DNA of 64,000 nucleotides from Eledone cirrhosa. Taxonomy: Eukaryota. A program made the position numbers and the translations under genes. The stretch spans positions 315,208,001-315,272,000 of the forward strand of contig OZ024742.1 of the NCBI GenBank assembly GCA_964016885.1, read 5' to 3'. Shown here piece after piece: positions 15,201 through 29,600 of the stretch. The stretch's first letter is position 1. Every line of letters starts with the position of its first letter. Below the pieces are notes generated by a model. That model was not told where the DNA came from and searched no databases. It saw only the letters and a program-made list of their open reading frames with translations.

Positions 15201-15594
15201 GTATTTTTAACGTTGATTGTACTGGGCTCTGTATTAGTTTTGGTAGGTGCACTACTAGTCATGATAGTGGTGATAACGATGTATAGCGTTGGCCAGTTTC
15301 GGAAACTGTATTCTTAATGAAAGTGGCGCTGTTGATCATGATGATGGTCGAGGTGGTGGTAGTGGTAGTCGTTACTTGGTTGTGGTGCTGCTTCTCTGGT
15401 AATGGTACTAATACTAATTCATCATTATAAATGTTCTTGGCACTCAGTTGAAAATATTATTTTTGATCGTTACACTAATTGCTATAGAAGTAAAAGGAAC
15501 GTCGACTATGATGATAACGATGATGATGTCGATAACCACAACGACTGTGATAAGTATGATGATGATGACAATAATTATATGGTATCACTTTCAG

Positions 15595-15663
<69 letters not shown>

Positions 15664-16589
15664 TGTGTGTGTGTCTGTCTGTCAGTTTTGGTGCATATTC
15701 TTCTTGCCGTTTTTTGTTGTTTTTAGCCCCAAGTCTGTCCTAAACAAACACATCTATGATAAAGGCGTTGATCACGCCATCGTTTTTGTTTTTAAATAAA
15801 ATTTGAAATAAGGCTCTTCATTTAAGTGTATGATGGAGATTTACCTGCCACGACTAGCAAATCGAGTGACAATGTAGTCTTCCTCGTTGGCTCTGTTTGT
15901 ATGTGTGTGCATATATACATTTATATGTGTGTGCATATATGTGTTGTTTCTTGCTAATGTATTATTGTTTTTGTCAACGTCATTGTTGTCTTAGTTGGAG
16001 TTTTCAACGGTTGACCAACTGACCACCATTTTTGTATTGTTGTGGTTGTTGCTGATCCTATGTTTGAGGTAAGAATGATTCTTTCGTGTTTGTTTTCAAT
16101 AATATTATACATCCTCCAGTGAGGTAGCTTGCTAGAATTGGTAGCCCGTCGAAAAAAAAACCATTGCTGAATTTGTTCTGGGTCTTTAAATCCTTTACAT
16201 TCCGAGTCCAAATCTCACCAAGGTCAACTTAACCCTTCCCGCTCAAATTTGCTGTCTCTTTGTCTAAATTGAAATAAATTCTATTATATTTCCTCTATCC
16301 CTTTTCGCTTTAGTGTCTCCCTATCAGTTCTTTTTCTGCTCACGCATCTCTTTCTAACAACCAAGATTTACTCCCTATCTCTACATGACATGAACTCATT
16401 CATTGGCATCTATGAGAAGTCATAGATGCCATAACAAGGGTTAAACTGTCAGCAGTAGAAATCTTTCTCAATGTGGTCTCAATATATAAAAAGCCTAATT
16501 CAGTTAATGCAACCATTGTTTGAATCAATGTAATGAGATTAAAGCATAAAAATTATTACAAAAAACGAATCAATTAGGATAATAACATT

Positions 16590-16985
16590 TGTAAAATTGG
16601 CCTCGAATTACATCAGCCCCAATCGACTACTGGTTTTTTTATTTTATCGAGCCCGAAATGATGGAAAGCAAACTTAACCTCGGCGGGATTTGAAATCAAA
16701 ATCAAAAATTAAAAGGCCGTAACTAAATGCCGTAGATGCTTTAACGAGAAGAAGAAGAAGAAGAAGAAGAATGATTCGTATAATAAGAAAAGGCCAGCAA
16801 TTTTGTCGGAGGGGAAAAATCGATTAAATCGACTCCAGTGCATTACTGGTACTTTATTTTATCGACCCTGTGAGGAAGAAAGCCAAAGCTAACCTCGGCG
16901 GGATTTGAACTCATAACGTAAAGGACCATAACTCTATGCTTCAAAGCATGGTCTCTGACACTACCGATACTGCCAATTTACCCGC
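16590..16985 (-). mobile_element. Two tandem tRNA-SINE copies separated by (GAA)n
   Basis: aacctcggcgggatttgaa occurs twice; ttttatcga body; same family as 4481-4693. Confidence 0.8.
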
Positions 16986-17010
16986 TCTCATCATAATAAT
17001 AATTTTTAAA

Positions 17011-17400
17011 AAATAATTCCTTTTATTGGTTGCAAAGGCTCAAGTTTGGGCGCAATACAAGGACGATAAATGACATAGAGTTGGGTCCGCATCCAGTAGG
17101 AAGACGATATTAACAAAGGAAATACAGTAGATATAACATTAAGACTAATTATAATAAACAGTATTAACCAATGCCACTAGGAAAAGTTCCCCAGTAGAGT
17201 AATTCCAATCTCCTCACATCAACCCATATTCAGAACCCTGGGTTACTCTCCCCGCACCAAGCTGCTCGCACCTGATTATGATTGCTGCTTTGAAAAGTGT
17301 AATAAGAGGAGATCCATTCGGCCTCATCAATCTCGTTACTCTGACCCATCTATCAGAAAACAGACAAGAATACAAACCTAAGAAGAGCAATAAGTATTTA
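17011..17400 (-). mobile_element. 3' fragment of an L1/Tx1-like LINE
   Basis: Minus-strand peptide [17 protein letters not shown] resembles L1/Tx1 ORF2 C-termini; followed by a short UTR with AATAAA and an AAT-rich end. Confidence 0.45.
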
Positions 17401-17407
17401 GTATATA

Positions 17408-17610
<203 letters not shown>

Positions 17611-17641
17611 ATATATATATATATATGTGTGAATGAAGTAC

Positions 17642-20600
17642 CAGTGGGGGTGTTTGTGGTAATAGTGATGGTATTTGTGGTAATAGTGGGGGTGTTTGTG
17701 GTAATAGTGGTGGTGTTTGTGGTAACAGTGGGGGTGTTTGTGGTAATAGTGGGGGTGTTTGTGGTAACAGTGGGGGTGTTTGTGGTAATAGTGGGGGTGT
17801 TTGTGGTAATAGTGGTGGTGTTTGTGGTAATAGTGATGGTATTTGTGGTAATAGTGGGGGTGTTTGTGGTAATAGTGGGGGTGTTTGTGGTAACAGTGGG
17901 GGTGTTTGTGGTAATAGTGGGGGTGTTTGTGGTAATAGTGGGGGTGTTTGTGGTAACAGTGGGGGTGTTTGTGGTAATAGTGGGGGTGTTTGTGGTAATA
18001 GTGGGGGTGTTTGTGGTAACAGTGGGGGTGTTTGTGGTAATAGTGGTGGTGTTTGTGGTAATAGTGATGGTATTTGTGGTAACAGTGGGGGTGTTTGTGG
18101 TAATAGTGGGGGTGTTTGTGGTAATAGTGGGGGTGTTTGTGGTAACAGTGGGGGTGTTTGTGGTAATAGTGGTGGTGTTTGTGGTAACAGTGGGGGTGTT
18201 TGTGGTAATAGTGGTGGTGTTTGTGGTAATAGTGGTGGTGTTTGTGGTAATAGTGATGGTATTTGTGGTAACAGTGGTGGTGTTTGTGGTAATAGTGGGG
18301 GTGTTTGTGGTAATAGTGGGGGTGTTTGTGGTAACAGTGGGGGTGTTTGTGGTAATAGTGGTGGTGTTTGTGGTAATAGTGATGGTATTTGTGGTAACAG
18401 TGGGGGTGTTTGTGGTAATAGTGGTGGTGTTTGTGGTAACAGTGGTGGTGTTTGTGGTAATAGTGGGGGTGTTTGTGGTAACAGTGGTGGTGTTTGTGGT
18501 AATAGTGGGGGTGTTTGTGGTAATAGTGGGGGTGTTTGTGGTAACAGTGGGGGTGTTTGTGGTAATAGTGGTGGTGTTTGTGGTAATAGTGATGGTATTT
18601 GTGGTAACAGTGGGGGTGTTTGTGGTAATAGTGGTGGTGTTTGTGGTAACAGTGGTGGTGTTTGTGGTAATAGTGGGGGTGTTTGTGGTAACAGTGGGGG
18701 TGTTTGTGGTAATAGTGGGGGTGTTTGTGGTAATAGTGGGGGTGTTTGTGGTAACAGTGGGGGTGTTTGTGGTAATAGTGGGGGTGTTTGTGGTAACAGT
18801 GGGGGTGTTTGTGGTAATAGTGGGGGTGTTTGTGGTAATAGTGGTGGTGTTTGTGGTAATAGTGGGGGTGTTTGTGGTAATAGTGGGGGTGTTTGTGGTA
18901 ACAGTGGGGGTGTTTGTGGTAATAGTGGGGGTGTTTGTGGTAATAGTGGTGGTGTTTGTGGTAACAGTGGGGGTGTTTGTAGTAATAGTGGGGGTGTTTG
19001 TGGTAACAGTGGGGGTGTTTGTGGTAATAGTGGGGGTGTTTGTGGTAATAGTGGTGGTGTTTGTGGTAATAGTGATGGTATTTGTGGTAATAGTGGGGGT
19101 GTTTGTGGTAATAGTGGGGGTGTTTGTGGTAACAGTGGGGGTGTTTGTGGTAATAGTGATGGTATTTGTGGTAATAGTGGGGGTGTTTGTGGTAATAGTG
19201 GTGGTGTTTGTGGTAACAGTGGTGGTGTTTGTGGTAACAGTGGGGGTGTTTGTGGTAATAGTGATGGTATTTGTGGTAATAGTGGGGGTGTTTGTGGTAA
19301 TAGTGGGGGTGTTTGTGGTAATAGTGGGGGTGTTTGTGGTAATAGTGGGGGTGTCTGTGGTAATAGTGGTGGTGTTTGTGGTAACAGTGGTGGTGTTTGT
19401 GGTAACAGTGGTGGTGTTTGTGGTAACAGTGGTGGTGTTTGTGGTAATAGTGGGGATGTTTGTGGTAACAGTGGAGGTGTTTGTGGTAACAGTGGTGGTG
19501 TTTGTGGTAATAGTGGGGGTGTTTGTGGTAACAGTGGGGGTGTTTGTGGTAACAGTGGGGGTGTCTGTGGTAACAGTGGTGGTGTTTGTGGTAACAGTGG
19601 TGGTGTTAGTGGTAACAGTGGTGGTGTTTGTGGTAACAGTGGTGGTGTTTGTGGTAATAGTGGTGGTGTTTGTGGTAATAGTGGGGGTGTTTGTGGTAAT
19701 AGTGGTGGTGTTTGTGGTAATAGTGGTGGTGTTTGTGGTAACAGTGGGGGTGTTTGTGGTAATAGTGGGGGTGTTTGTGGTAACAGTGGGGGTGTTTGTG
19801 GTAACAGTGGGGGTGTTTGTGGTAACAGTGGGGGGTGTTTGTGGTAATAGTGGTGGTGTTTGTGGTAATAGTGGTGGTGTTTGTGGTAATAGTGGGGGTG
19901 TTTGTGGTAATAGTGGGGGTGTTTGTGGTAACAATGGGGGTGTTTGTGGTAATAGTGGGGGTGTTTATGGTAATAGTGGTGGTGTTTGTGGTAATAGTGG
20001 GGGTGTTTGTGGTAATAGTGGTGGTGTTTGTGGTAACAGTGGGGGTGTTTGTGGTAATAGTGGGGGTGTTTGTGGTAATAGTGGGGGTGTTTGTGGTAAT
20101 AGTGGTGGTGTTTGTGGTAATAGTGGGGGTGTTTGTGGTAATAGTGGGGGTGTTTGTGGTAATAGTGGTGGTGTTTGTGGTAATAGTGGGGGTGTTTGTG
20201 GTAACAGTGGGGGTGTTTGTGGTAATAGTGGGGGTGTTTGTGGTAATAGTGGGGGTGTTTGTGGTAATAGTGGTGGTGTTTGTGGTAATAGTGGGGGTGT
20301 TTGTGGTAATAGTGGTGGTGTTTGTGGTAACATTGGTGGTGTTTGTGGTAATAGTGGGGGTGTTTGTGGTAACAGTGGTGGTGTTTGTGGTAATAGTGGG
20401 GGTGTTTGTGGTAATAGTGGGGGTGTTTGTGGTAATAGTGGTGGTGTTTGTGGTAATAGTGGTGGTGTTTGTGGTAACAGTGGGGGTGTTTGTGGTAATA
20501 GTGGGGGTGTTTGTGGTAACAGTGGGGGTGTTTGTGGTAACAGTGGGGGTGTTTGTGGTAACAGTGGGGGGTGTTTGTGGTAATAGTGGTGGTGTTTGTG

Positions 20601-23600
20601 GTAATAGTGGTGCTGTTTGTGGTAATAGTGGGGGTGTTTGTGGTAATAGTGGGGGTGTTTGTGGTAACAATGGGGGTGTTTGTGGTAATAGTGGGGGTGT
20701 TTATGGTAATAGTGGTGGTGTTTGTGGTAATAGTGGGGGTGTTTGTGGTAATAGTGGTGGTGTTTGTGGTAACAGTGGGGGTGTTTGTGGTAATAGTGGG
20801 GGTGTTTGTGGTAATAGTGGGGGTGTTTGTGGTAATAGTGGTGGTGTTTGTGGTAATAGTGGGGGTGTTTGTGGTAATAGTGGGGGTGTTTGTGGTAATA
20901 GTGGTGGTGTTTGTGGTAATAGTGGGGGTGTTTGTGGTAACAGTGGGGGTGTTTGTGGTAATAGTGGGGGTGTTTGTGGTAATAGTGGGGGTGTTTGTGG
21001 TAATAGTGGTGGTGTTTGTGGTAATAGTGGGGGTGTTTGTGGTAATAGTGGTGGTGTTTGTGGTAACATTGGTGGTGTTTGTGGTAATAGTGGGGGTGTT
21101 TGTGGTAACAGTGGTGGTGTTTGTGGTAATAGTGGGGGTGTTTGTGGTAATAGTGGTGGTGTTTGTGGTAATAGTGGTGGTGTTTGTGGTAACAGTGGGG
21201 GTGTTTGTGGTAATTGTGGGGGTGTTGTGGTAATAGTGGTGGTGTTTGTGGTAATAGTGGTGGTGTTTGTGGTAATAGTGGGGGTGTTTGTGGTAATAGT
21301 GGCGGGTTTGTGGTAATAGTGGCGGTGTTTGTGGTAACAGTGGGGGTGTTTGTGGTAATAGTGGGGGTGTTTGTGGTAATAGTGGAGGTGTTTGTGGTAA
21401 TAGTGGGGGTGTTTGTGGTAATAGTGGGGGTGTTTGTGGTAATAGTGATGGTATTTGTGGTAATAGTGGGGGTGTTTGTGGTAATAGTGGGGGTGTTTGT
21501 TTTAACAGTGGGGGTGTTTGTGGTAATAGTGGGGGTGTTTGTGGTAATAGTGGAGGTGTTTGTGGTAATAGTGGGGGTGTTTGTGGTAATAGTGGTGGTG
21601 TATGTGGTAATAGTGGGGGTGTTTGTGGTAATAGTGGTGGTGTTTGTGGTAATAGTGGTGGTGTTTGTGGTAACAGTGGTGGTGTTTGTGGTAATAGTGA
21701 AGGTGTTTGTGGTAATAGTGGGGGTGTTTGTGGTAATAGTGGGGGTGTTTGTGGTAATAGTGGTGGTGTATGTGGTAATAGTGGGGGTGTTTGTGGTAAT
21801 AGTGGTGGTGTTTGTGGTAATAGTGGTGGTGTTTGTGGTAACAGTGGTGGTGTTTGTGGTAATAGTGGAGGTGTTTGTGGTAATAGTGGTGGTGTTTGTG
21901 GTAATAGTGGTGGTGTTTGTGGTAATAGTGGTGGTGTTTGTGGAAATAGTGGAGGTGTTTGTGGTAATAGTGGGGGTGTTTGTGGTAATAGTGGTGGTGT
22001 ATGTGGTAATAGTGGGGGTGTTTGTGGTAATAGTGGTGGTGTTTGTGGTAATAGTGGGGGTGTTTGTGGTAATAGTAGGGGTGTTTGTGGTAATAGTGGT
22101 GGTGTATGTGGTAATAGTGGGGGTGTTTGTGGTAATAGTGGGGGTGTTTGTGGTAATAGTGGGGGTGTTTGTGGTAATAGTGGGGGTGTTTGTGGTAACA
22201 GTGGGGGTGTTTGTGGTAATAGTGGGGGTGTTTGTGGTAACAGTGGTGGTGTTTGTGGTAACAGTGGTGGTGTTTGTGGTAATAGTGGAGGTGTTTGTGG
22301 TAATAGTGGTGGTGTTTGTGGTAATAGTGGTGGTGTTTGTGGTAATAGTGGGGGTGTTTGTGGTAATAGTGGTGGTGTATGTGGTAATAGTGGGGGTGTT
22401 TCTGGTAATAGTGGTGGTGTTTGTGGTAACAGTGGTGGTGTTTGTGGTAACAGTGGGGGTGTTTGTGGTAACAGTGGTGGTGTTTGTGGTAACAGTGGTG
22501 GTGTTTGTGGTAATAGTGGGGGTGTTTGTGGTAATAGTGGGGGTGTATGTGGTAATAGTGGGGGTGTTTGTGGTAATAGTGGTGGTGTTTGTGGTAACAT
22601 TGGGGGTGTTTGTGGTAATAGTGGTGGTGTTTGTGGTAATAGTGGGGGTGTTCGTGGTAATAGTGGTGGTGTTTGTGGTAATAGTGGGGGTGTTTGTGGT
22701 AATAGTGGGGGTGTTTGTGGTAATAGTGGGGGTGTTTGTGGTAATAGTGGTGGTGTTTGTGGTAATAGTGGGGGTGTTTGTGGTAATAGTGGGGGTGTTT
22801 GTGGTAATAGTGGTGGTGTTTGTGGTAATAGTGGGGGTGTTTGTGGTAACAGTGGGGGTGTTTGTGGTAATAGTGGGGGTGTTTGTGGTAATAGTGGGGG
22901 TGTTTGTGGTAATAGTGGTGGTGTTTGTGGTAATAGTGGGGGTGTTTGTGGTAATAGTGGTGGTGTTTGTGGTAACATTGGTGGTGTTTGTGGTAACAGT
23001 GGGGGTGTTTGTGGTAATAGTGGGGGTGTTTGTGGTAACAGTGGTGGTGTTTGTGGTAATAGTGGGGGTGTTTGTGGTAATAGTGGTGGTGTTTGTGGTA
23101 ACAGTGGTGGTGTTTGTGGTAACAGTGGGGGTGTTTGTGGTAATAGTGGGGGTGTTTGTGGTAATAGTGGTGGTGTTTGTGGTAATAGTGGTGGTGTTTG
23201 TGGTAATAGTGGGGGTGTTTGTGGTAATAGTGAAGGTGTTTGTGGTAATAGTGGGGGTGTTTGTGGTAATAGTGGGGGTGTTTGTGGTAATAGTGGTGGT
23301 GTATGTGGTAATAGTGGGGGTGTTTGTGGTAATAGTGGTGGTGTTTGTGGTAATAGTGGTGGTGTTTGTGGTAATAGTAGGGGTGTTTGTGGTAATAGTG
23401 GTGGTGTATGTGGTAATAGTGGGGGTGTTTGTGGTAATAGTGGGGGTGTTTGTGGTAATAGTGGGGGTGTTTGTGGTAATAGTGGGGGTGTTTGTGGTAA
23501 CAGTGGGGGTGTTTGTGGTAATAGTGGGGGTGTTTGTGGTAACAGTGGTGGTGTTTGTGGTAACAGTGGTGGTGTTTGTGGTAATAGTGGAGGTGTTTGT

Positions 23601-26600
23601 GGTAATAGTGGTGGTGTTTGTGGTAATAGTGGTGGTGTTTGTGGTAATAGTGGGGGTGTTTGTGGTAATAGTGGTGGTGTATGTGGTAATAGTGGGGGTG
23701 TTTCTGGTAATAGTGGTGGTGTTTGTGGTAACAGTGGTGGTGTTTGTGGTAACAGTGGGGGTGTTTGTGGTAACAGTGGTGGTGTTTGTGGTAACAGTGG
23801 TGGTGTTTGTGGTAATAGTGGGGGTGTTTGTGGTAATAGTGGTGGTGGTGTTTGTGGTAATAGTGGTGGTGTTTGTGGTAATAGTGGTGGTGTTTGTGGT
23901 AATAGTGGTGGTGTTTGTGGTAACAGTGGTGGTGTTTGTGGTAATAGTGGGGGTGTTTGTGGTAACAGTGGGGGTGTTTGTGGTAACAGTGAGGGTCTTT
24001 GTGGTAACAGTGGGGGTGTTTGTGGTAATAGTGGTGGTGTTTGTGGTAACAGTTGGGGTGTTTGTGGTAACAATGGGGGTGTTTGTGGTAATAGTGGTGG
24101 TGTTTGTGGTAACAGTGGTGGTGTTTGTTGTAATAGTGGGGGTGTTTGTGGTAATAGTGGTGGTGTTTGTGGTAATAGTGGTGGTTGCTGTGGTAACAGT
24201 GATGGTGTTTGTGGTAACAGTGGGGGTGTTTGTGGTAATAGTGGTGGTGTTTGTGGTAATAGTGGTGGTGTTTGTGGTAATAGTGGTGGTGTTTGTGGTA
24301 ATAGTGGGGGGTTTGTGGTAATAGTGGGGGTGTTTGTGGTAACAGTGGGGGTGTTTGTGGTAATAGTGGGAGTGTTTGTGGTAATAGTGGGGGTGTTTGT
24401 GGTAGCAGTGTGGGTGATTGTGGTAATAGTGGTGGTGTTTGTGGTAACAGTGGGGGTGTTTGTGGTAATAGTGGGGGTGTTTGTGGTAATAGTGGTGGTG
24501 TTTGTGGTAATAGTGGTGGTGTTTGTGGTAATAGTGGTGGTGTTTGTGGTAATAGTGGTGGTGTTTGTGGTAATAGTGGTGGTGTTTGTGGTAACAGTGG
24601 TGGTGTTTGTGGTAATAGTGGTGGTGTTTGTGGTAATAGTGGGGGTGTTTGTGGTAATAGTGGAGGTGTTTGTGGTAACAGTGGTGGTGTTTGTGGTAAC
24701 AGTGGTGGTGTTTGTGGTAACAGTGGGGGTGTTTGTGGTAATAGTGGTGGTGTTTATGGTAATAGTGGTGGTGTATGTGGTAATAGTGGGGGTGTTTATG
24801 GTAATAGTGGTGGTGTTTGTGGTAACATTGGGGGTGTTTGTGGTAATAGTGGTGGTGTTTGTGGTAATAGTGGGGGTGTTTGTGGTAATAGTGGTGGTGT
24901 TTGTGGTAATAGTGGGGGTGTTTGTGGTAATAGTGGGGGTGTATGTGGTAATAGTGGGGGTGTTTGTGGTAATAGTGGTGGTGTTTGTGGTAACATTGGG
25001 GGTGTTTGTGGTAATAGTGGTGGTGTTTGTGGTAATAGTGGGGGTGTTCGTGGTAATAGTGGTGGTGTTTGTGGTAATAGTGGGGGTGTTTGTGGTAATA
25101 GTGGGGGTGTTTGTGGTAATAGTGGTGGTGTTTGTGGTAATAGTGGGGGTGTTTGTGGTAACAGTGGGGGTGTTTGTGGTAATAGTGGGGGTGTTTGTGG
25201 TAATAGTGGGGGTGTTTGTGGTAATAGTGGTGGTGTTTGTGGTAATAGTGGGGGTGTTTGTGGTAATAGTGGTGGTGTTTGTGGTAACATTGGTGGTGTT
25301 TGTGGTAACAGTGGGGGTGTTTGTGGTAATAGTGGGGGTGTTTGTGGTAACAGTGGTGGTGTTTGTGGTAATAGTGGGGTTGTTTGTGGTAATAGTGGTG
25401 GTGTTTGTGGTAATAGTGGTGGTGTTTGTGGTAACAGTGGGGGTGTTTGTGGTAATAGTGGGGGTGTTTGTGGTAATAGTGGTGGTGTTTGTGGTAATAG
25501 TGGTGGTGTTTGTGGTAATAGTGGGGGTGTTTGTGGTAATAGTGGGGGTGTTTGTGGTAACAGTGGTGGTGTTTGTGGTAATAGTGGAGGTGTTTGTGGT
25601 AATAGTGGTGGTGTTTGTGGTAATAGTGGTGGTGTATGTGGTAATAGTGGGGGTGTTTGTGGTAACAGTGGTGGTGTTTGAGGTAATAGTGGAGGTGTTT
25701 GTGGTAATAGTGGTGGTGTATGTGGGGGTGTTTGTGGTAATAGTGGTGGTGTATGTGGTAATAGTGGGGGTGTTTGTGGTAATAGTGGTGGTGTTTGTGG
25801 TAATAGTGGTGGTGTTTGTGGTAATAGTGGGGGTGTTTGTGGTAATAGTGGGGGTGTTTGTGGTAACAGTGGGGGTGTTTGTGGTAATAGTGGGGGTGTT
25901 TGTGGTAATAGTGGAGGTGTTTGTGGTAATAGTGGGGGGTTTGTGGTAATAGTGGGGGGGTTTGTGGTAATAGTGGGGGTGTTTGTGGTAACAATGGGGG
26001 TGTTTGTGGTAATAGTGGGGGTGTTTGTGGTAATAGTGGAGGTGTTTGTGGTAATAGTGGGGGTGTTTGTGGTAATAGTGGGGGTGTTTGTGGTAATAGT
26101 GATGGTATTTGTGGTAATAGTGGGGGTGTTTGTGGTAATAGTGGGGGTGTTTGTGGTAACAGTGGGGGTGTTTGTGGTAATAGTGGGTGTGTTTGTGGTA
26201 ATAGTGGAGGTGTTTGTGGTAATAGTGGGGGTATTTGTGGTAATAGTGGTGGTGTATGTGGTAATAGTGGGGGTGTTTGTGGTAATAGTGGTGGTGTTTG
26301 TGGTAATAGTGGTGGTGTTTGTGGTAACAGTGGTGGTGTTTGTGGTAATATTGGAGGTGTTTGTGGTAATAGTGGGGGTGTTTGTGGTAATAGTGGGGGT
26401 GTTTGTGGTAATAGTGGTGGTGTATGTGGTAATAGTGGGGGTGTTTGTGGTAATAGTGGTGGTGTTTGTGGTAATAGTGGTGGTGTTTGTGGTAACAGTG
26501 GTGGTGTTTGTGGTAATAGTGTAGGTGTTTGTGGTAATAGTGGTGGTGTTTGTGGTAATAGTGGTGGTGTTTGTGGTAATAGTGGTGGTGTTTGTGGAAA

Positions 26601-29600
26601 TAGTGGAGGTGTTTGTGGTAATAGTGGGGGTGTTTGTGGTAATAGTGGTGGTGTATGTGGTAATAGTGGGGGTGTTTGTGGTAATGGTGGTGGTGTTTGT
26701 GGTAATAGTGGGGGTGTTTGTGGTAATAGTAGTGGTGGTGTTTGTGGTAATAGTGGTGGTGTATGTGGTAATAGTGGGGGTGTTTGTGGTAATAGTGGGG
26801 GTGTTTGTGGTAATAGTGGGGGTGTTTGTGGTAATAGTGGTGGTGTTTGTGGTAACAGTGGGGGTGTTTGTGGTAATAGTGGGGGTGTTTGTGGTAACAG
26901 TGGTGGTGTTTGTGGTAACAGTGGTGGTGTTTGTGGTAATAGTGGAGGTGTTTGTGGTAATAGTGGTGGTGTTTGTGGTAATAGTGGTGGTGTATGTGGT
27001 AATAGTGGGGGTGTTTGTGGTAATAGTGGTGGTGTATGTGGTAATAGTGGGGGTGTTTCTGGTAATAGTGGTGGTGTTTGTGGTAACAGTGGTGGTGTTT
27101 GTGGTAACAGTGGGGGTGTTTGTGGTAACAGTGGTGGTGTTTGTGGTAACAGTGGTGGTGTTTGTGGTAATAGTGGGGGTGTTTGTGGTAATAGTGGTGG
27201 TGGTGTTTGTGGTAATAGTGGTGGTGTTTGTGGTAATAGTGGTGGTGTTTGTGGTAATAGTGGTGGTGTTTGTGGTAACAGTGGTGGTGTTTGTGGTAAT
27301 AGTGGGGGTGTTTGTGGTAACAGTGGGGGTGTTTGTGGTAACAGTGAGGGTCTTTGTGGTAACAGTGGGGGTGTTTGTGGTAATAGTGGTGGTGTTTGTG
27401 GTAACAGTTGGGGTGTTTGTGGTAACAATGGGGGTGTTTGTGGTAATAGTGGTGGTGTTTGTGGTAACAGTGGTGGTGTTTGTGGTAATAGTGGGGGTGT
27501 TTGTGGTAATAGTGGTGGTGTTTGTGGTAATAGTGGTGGTGTTTGTGGTAACAGTGGTGGTGTTTGTGGTAACAGTGGGGGTGTTTGTGGTAATAGTGGT
27601 GGTGTTTGTGGTAATAGTGGTGGTGTTTGTGGTAATAGTGGTGGTGTTTGTGGTAATAGTGGGGGGTTTGTGGTAATAGTGGGGGTGTTTGTGGTAACAG
27701 TGGGGGTGTTTGCGGTAATAGTGGGGGTGTTTGTGGTAATAGTGGGGGTGTTTGTGGTAGCAGTGTGGGTGATTGTGGTAATAGTGGTGGTGTTTGTGGT
27801 AACAGTGGGGGTGTTTGTGGTAATAGTGGGGGTGTTTGTGGTAATAGTGGTGGTGTTTGTGGTAATAGTGGTGGTGTTTGTGGTAATAGTGGTGGTGTTT
27901 GTGGTAATAGTGGTGGTGTTTGTGGTAATAGTGGTGGTGTTTGTGGTAACAGTGGTGGTGTTTGTGGTAATAGTGGTGGTGTTTGTGGTAATAGTGGGGG
28001 TGTTTGTGGTAATAGTGGAGGTGTTTGTGGTAACAGTGGTGGTGTTTGTGGTAACAGTGGTGGTGTTTGTGGTAACAGTGGGGGTGTTTGTGGTAATAGT
28101 GGTGGTGTTTATGGTAATAGTGGTGGTGTATGTGGTAATAGTGGGGGTGTTTGTGGTAATAGTGGTGGTGTTTGTGGTAACATTGGGGGTGTTTGTGGTA
28201 ATAGTGGTGGTGTTTGTGGTAATAGTGGGGGTGTTTGTGGTAATAGTGGTGGTGTTTGTGGTAATAGTGGGGGTGTTTGTGGTAATAGTGGGGGTGTTTG
28301 TGGTAATAGTGGGGGTGTTTGTGGTAATAGTGGGGGTGTTTGTGGTAACAGTGGGGGTGTTTGTGGTAATAGTGGTGGTGTTTGTGGTAATAGTGGGGGT
28401 GTTTGTAGTAATAGTGGGGGTGTTTGTGGTAATAGTGGGGGTGTTTGTGGTAATAGTGGTGGTGTATGTGGTAATAGTTGGGGTGTTTCTGGTAATAGTG
28501 GTGGTGTTTGTGGTAACAGTGGTGGTGTTTGTGGTAACAGTGGGGGTGTTTGTGGTAACAGTGGTGGTGTTTGTGGTAACAGTGGTGGTGTTTGTGGTAA
28601 TAGTGGGGGTGTTTGTGGTAATAGTGGTGGTGTTTGTGGTAATAGTGGTGGTGTTTGTGGTAATAGTGGTGGTGTTTGTGGTAATAGTGGTGGTGTTTGT
28701 GGTAACAGTGGTGGTGTTTGTGGTAATAGTGGGGGTGTTTGTGGTAACAGTGGGGGTGTTTGTTGTAACAGTGAGGGTCTTTGTGGTAACAGTGGGGGTG
28801 TTTGTGGTAATAGTGGTGGTGTTTGTGGTAATAGTGGTGGTGTTTGTGGTAACAGTGGTGGTGTTTGTGGTAATAGTGGTGGTGTTTGTGGTAATAGTGA
28901 TGGTGTTTGTGGTAATAGTGGTGGTGTTTGTGGTAACAGTGGTGGTGTTTGTGGTAACAGTTGGGGTGTTTGTGGTAACAATGGGGGTGTTTGTGGTAAT
29001 AGTGGTGGTGTTTGTGGTAACAGTGGTGGTGTTTGTGGTAATAGTGGGGGTGTTTGTGGTAATAGTGGTGGTGTTTGTGGTAATAGTGGTGGTGTTTGTG
29101 GTAACAGTGGTGGTGTTTGTGGTAACAGTGGGGGTGTTTGTGGTAATAGTGGTGGTGTTTGTGGTAATAGTGGTGGTGTTTGTGGTAATAGTGGTGGTGT
29201 TTGTGGTAATAGTGGGGGGTTTGTGGTAATAGTGGGGGTGTTTGTGGTAACAGTGGGGGTGTTTGTGGTAATAGTGGGGGTGTTTGTGGTAATAGTGGGG
29301 GTGTTTGTGGTAGCAGTGTGGGTGATTGTGGTAATAGTGGTGGTGTTTGTGGTAACAGTGGGGGTGTTTGTGGTAATAGTGGGGGTGTTTGTGGTAATAG
29401 TGGTGGTGTTTGTGGTAATAGTGGTGGTGTTTGTGGTAATAGTGGTGGTGTTTGTGGTAATAGTGGTGGTGTTTGTGGTAACAGTGGTGGTGTTTGTGGT
29501 AATAGTGGTGGTGTTTGTGGTAATAGTGGGGGTGTTTGTGGTAATAGTGGAGGTGTTTGTGGTAACAGTGGTGGTGTTTGTGGTAACAGTGGTGGTGTTT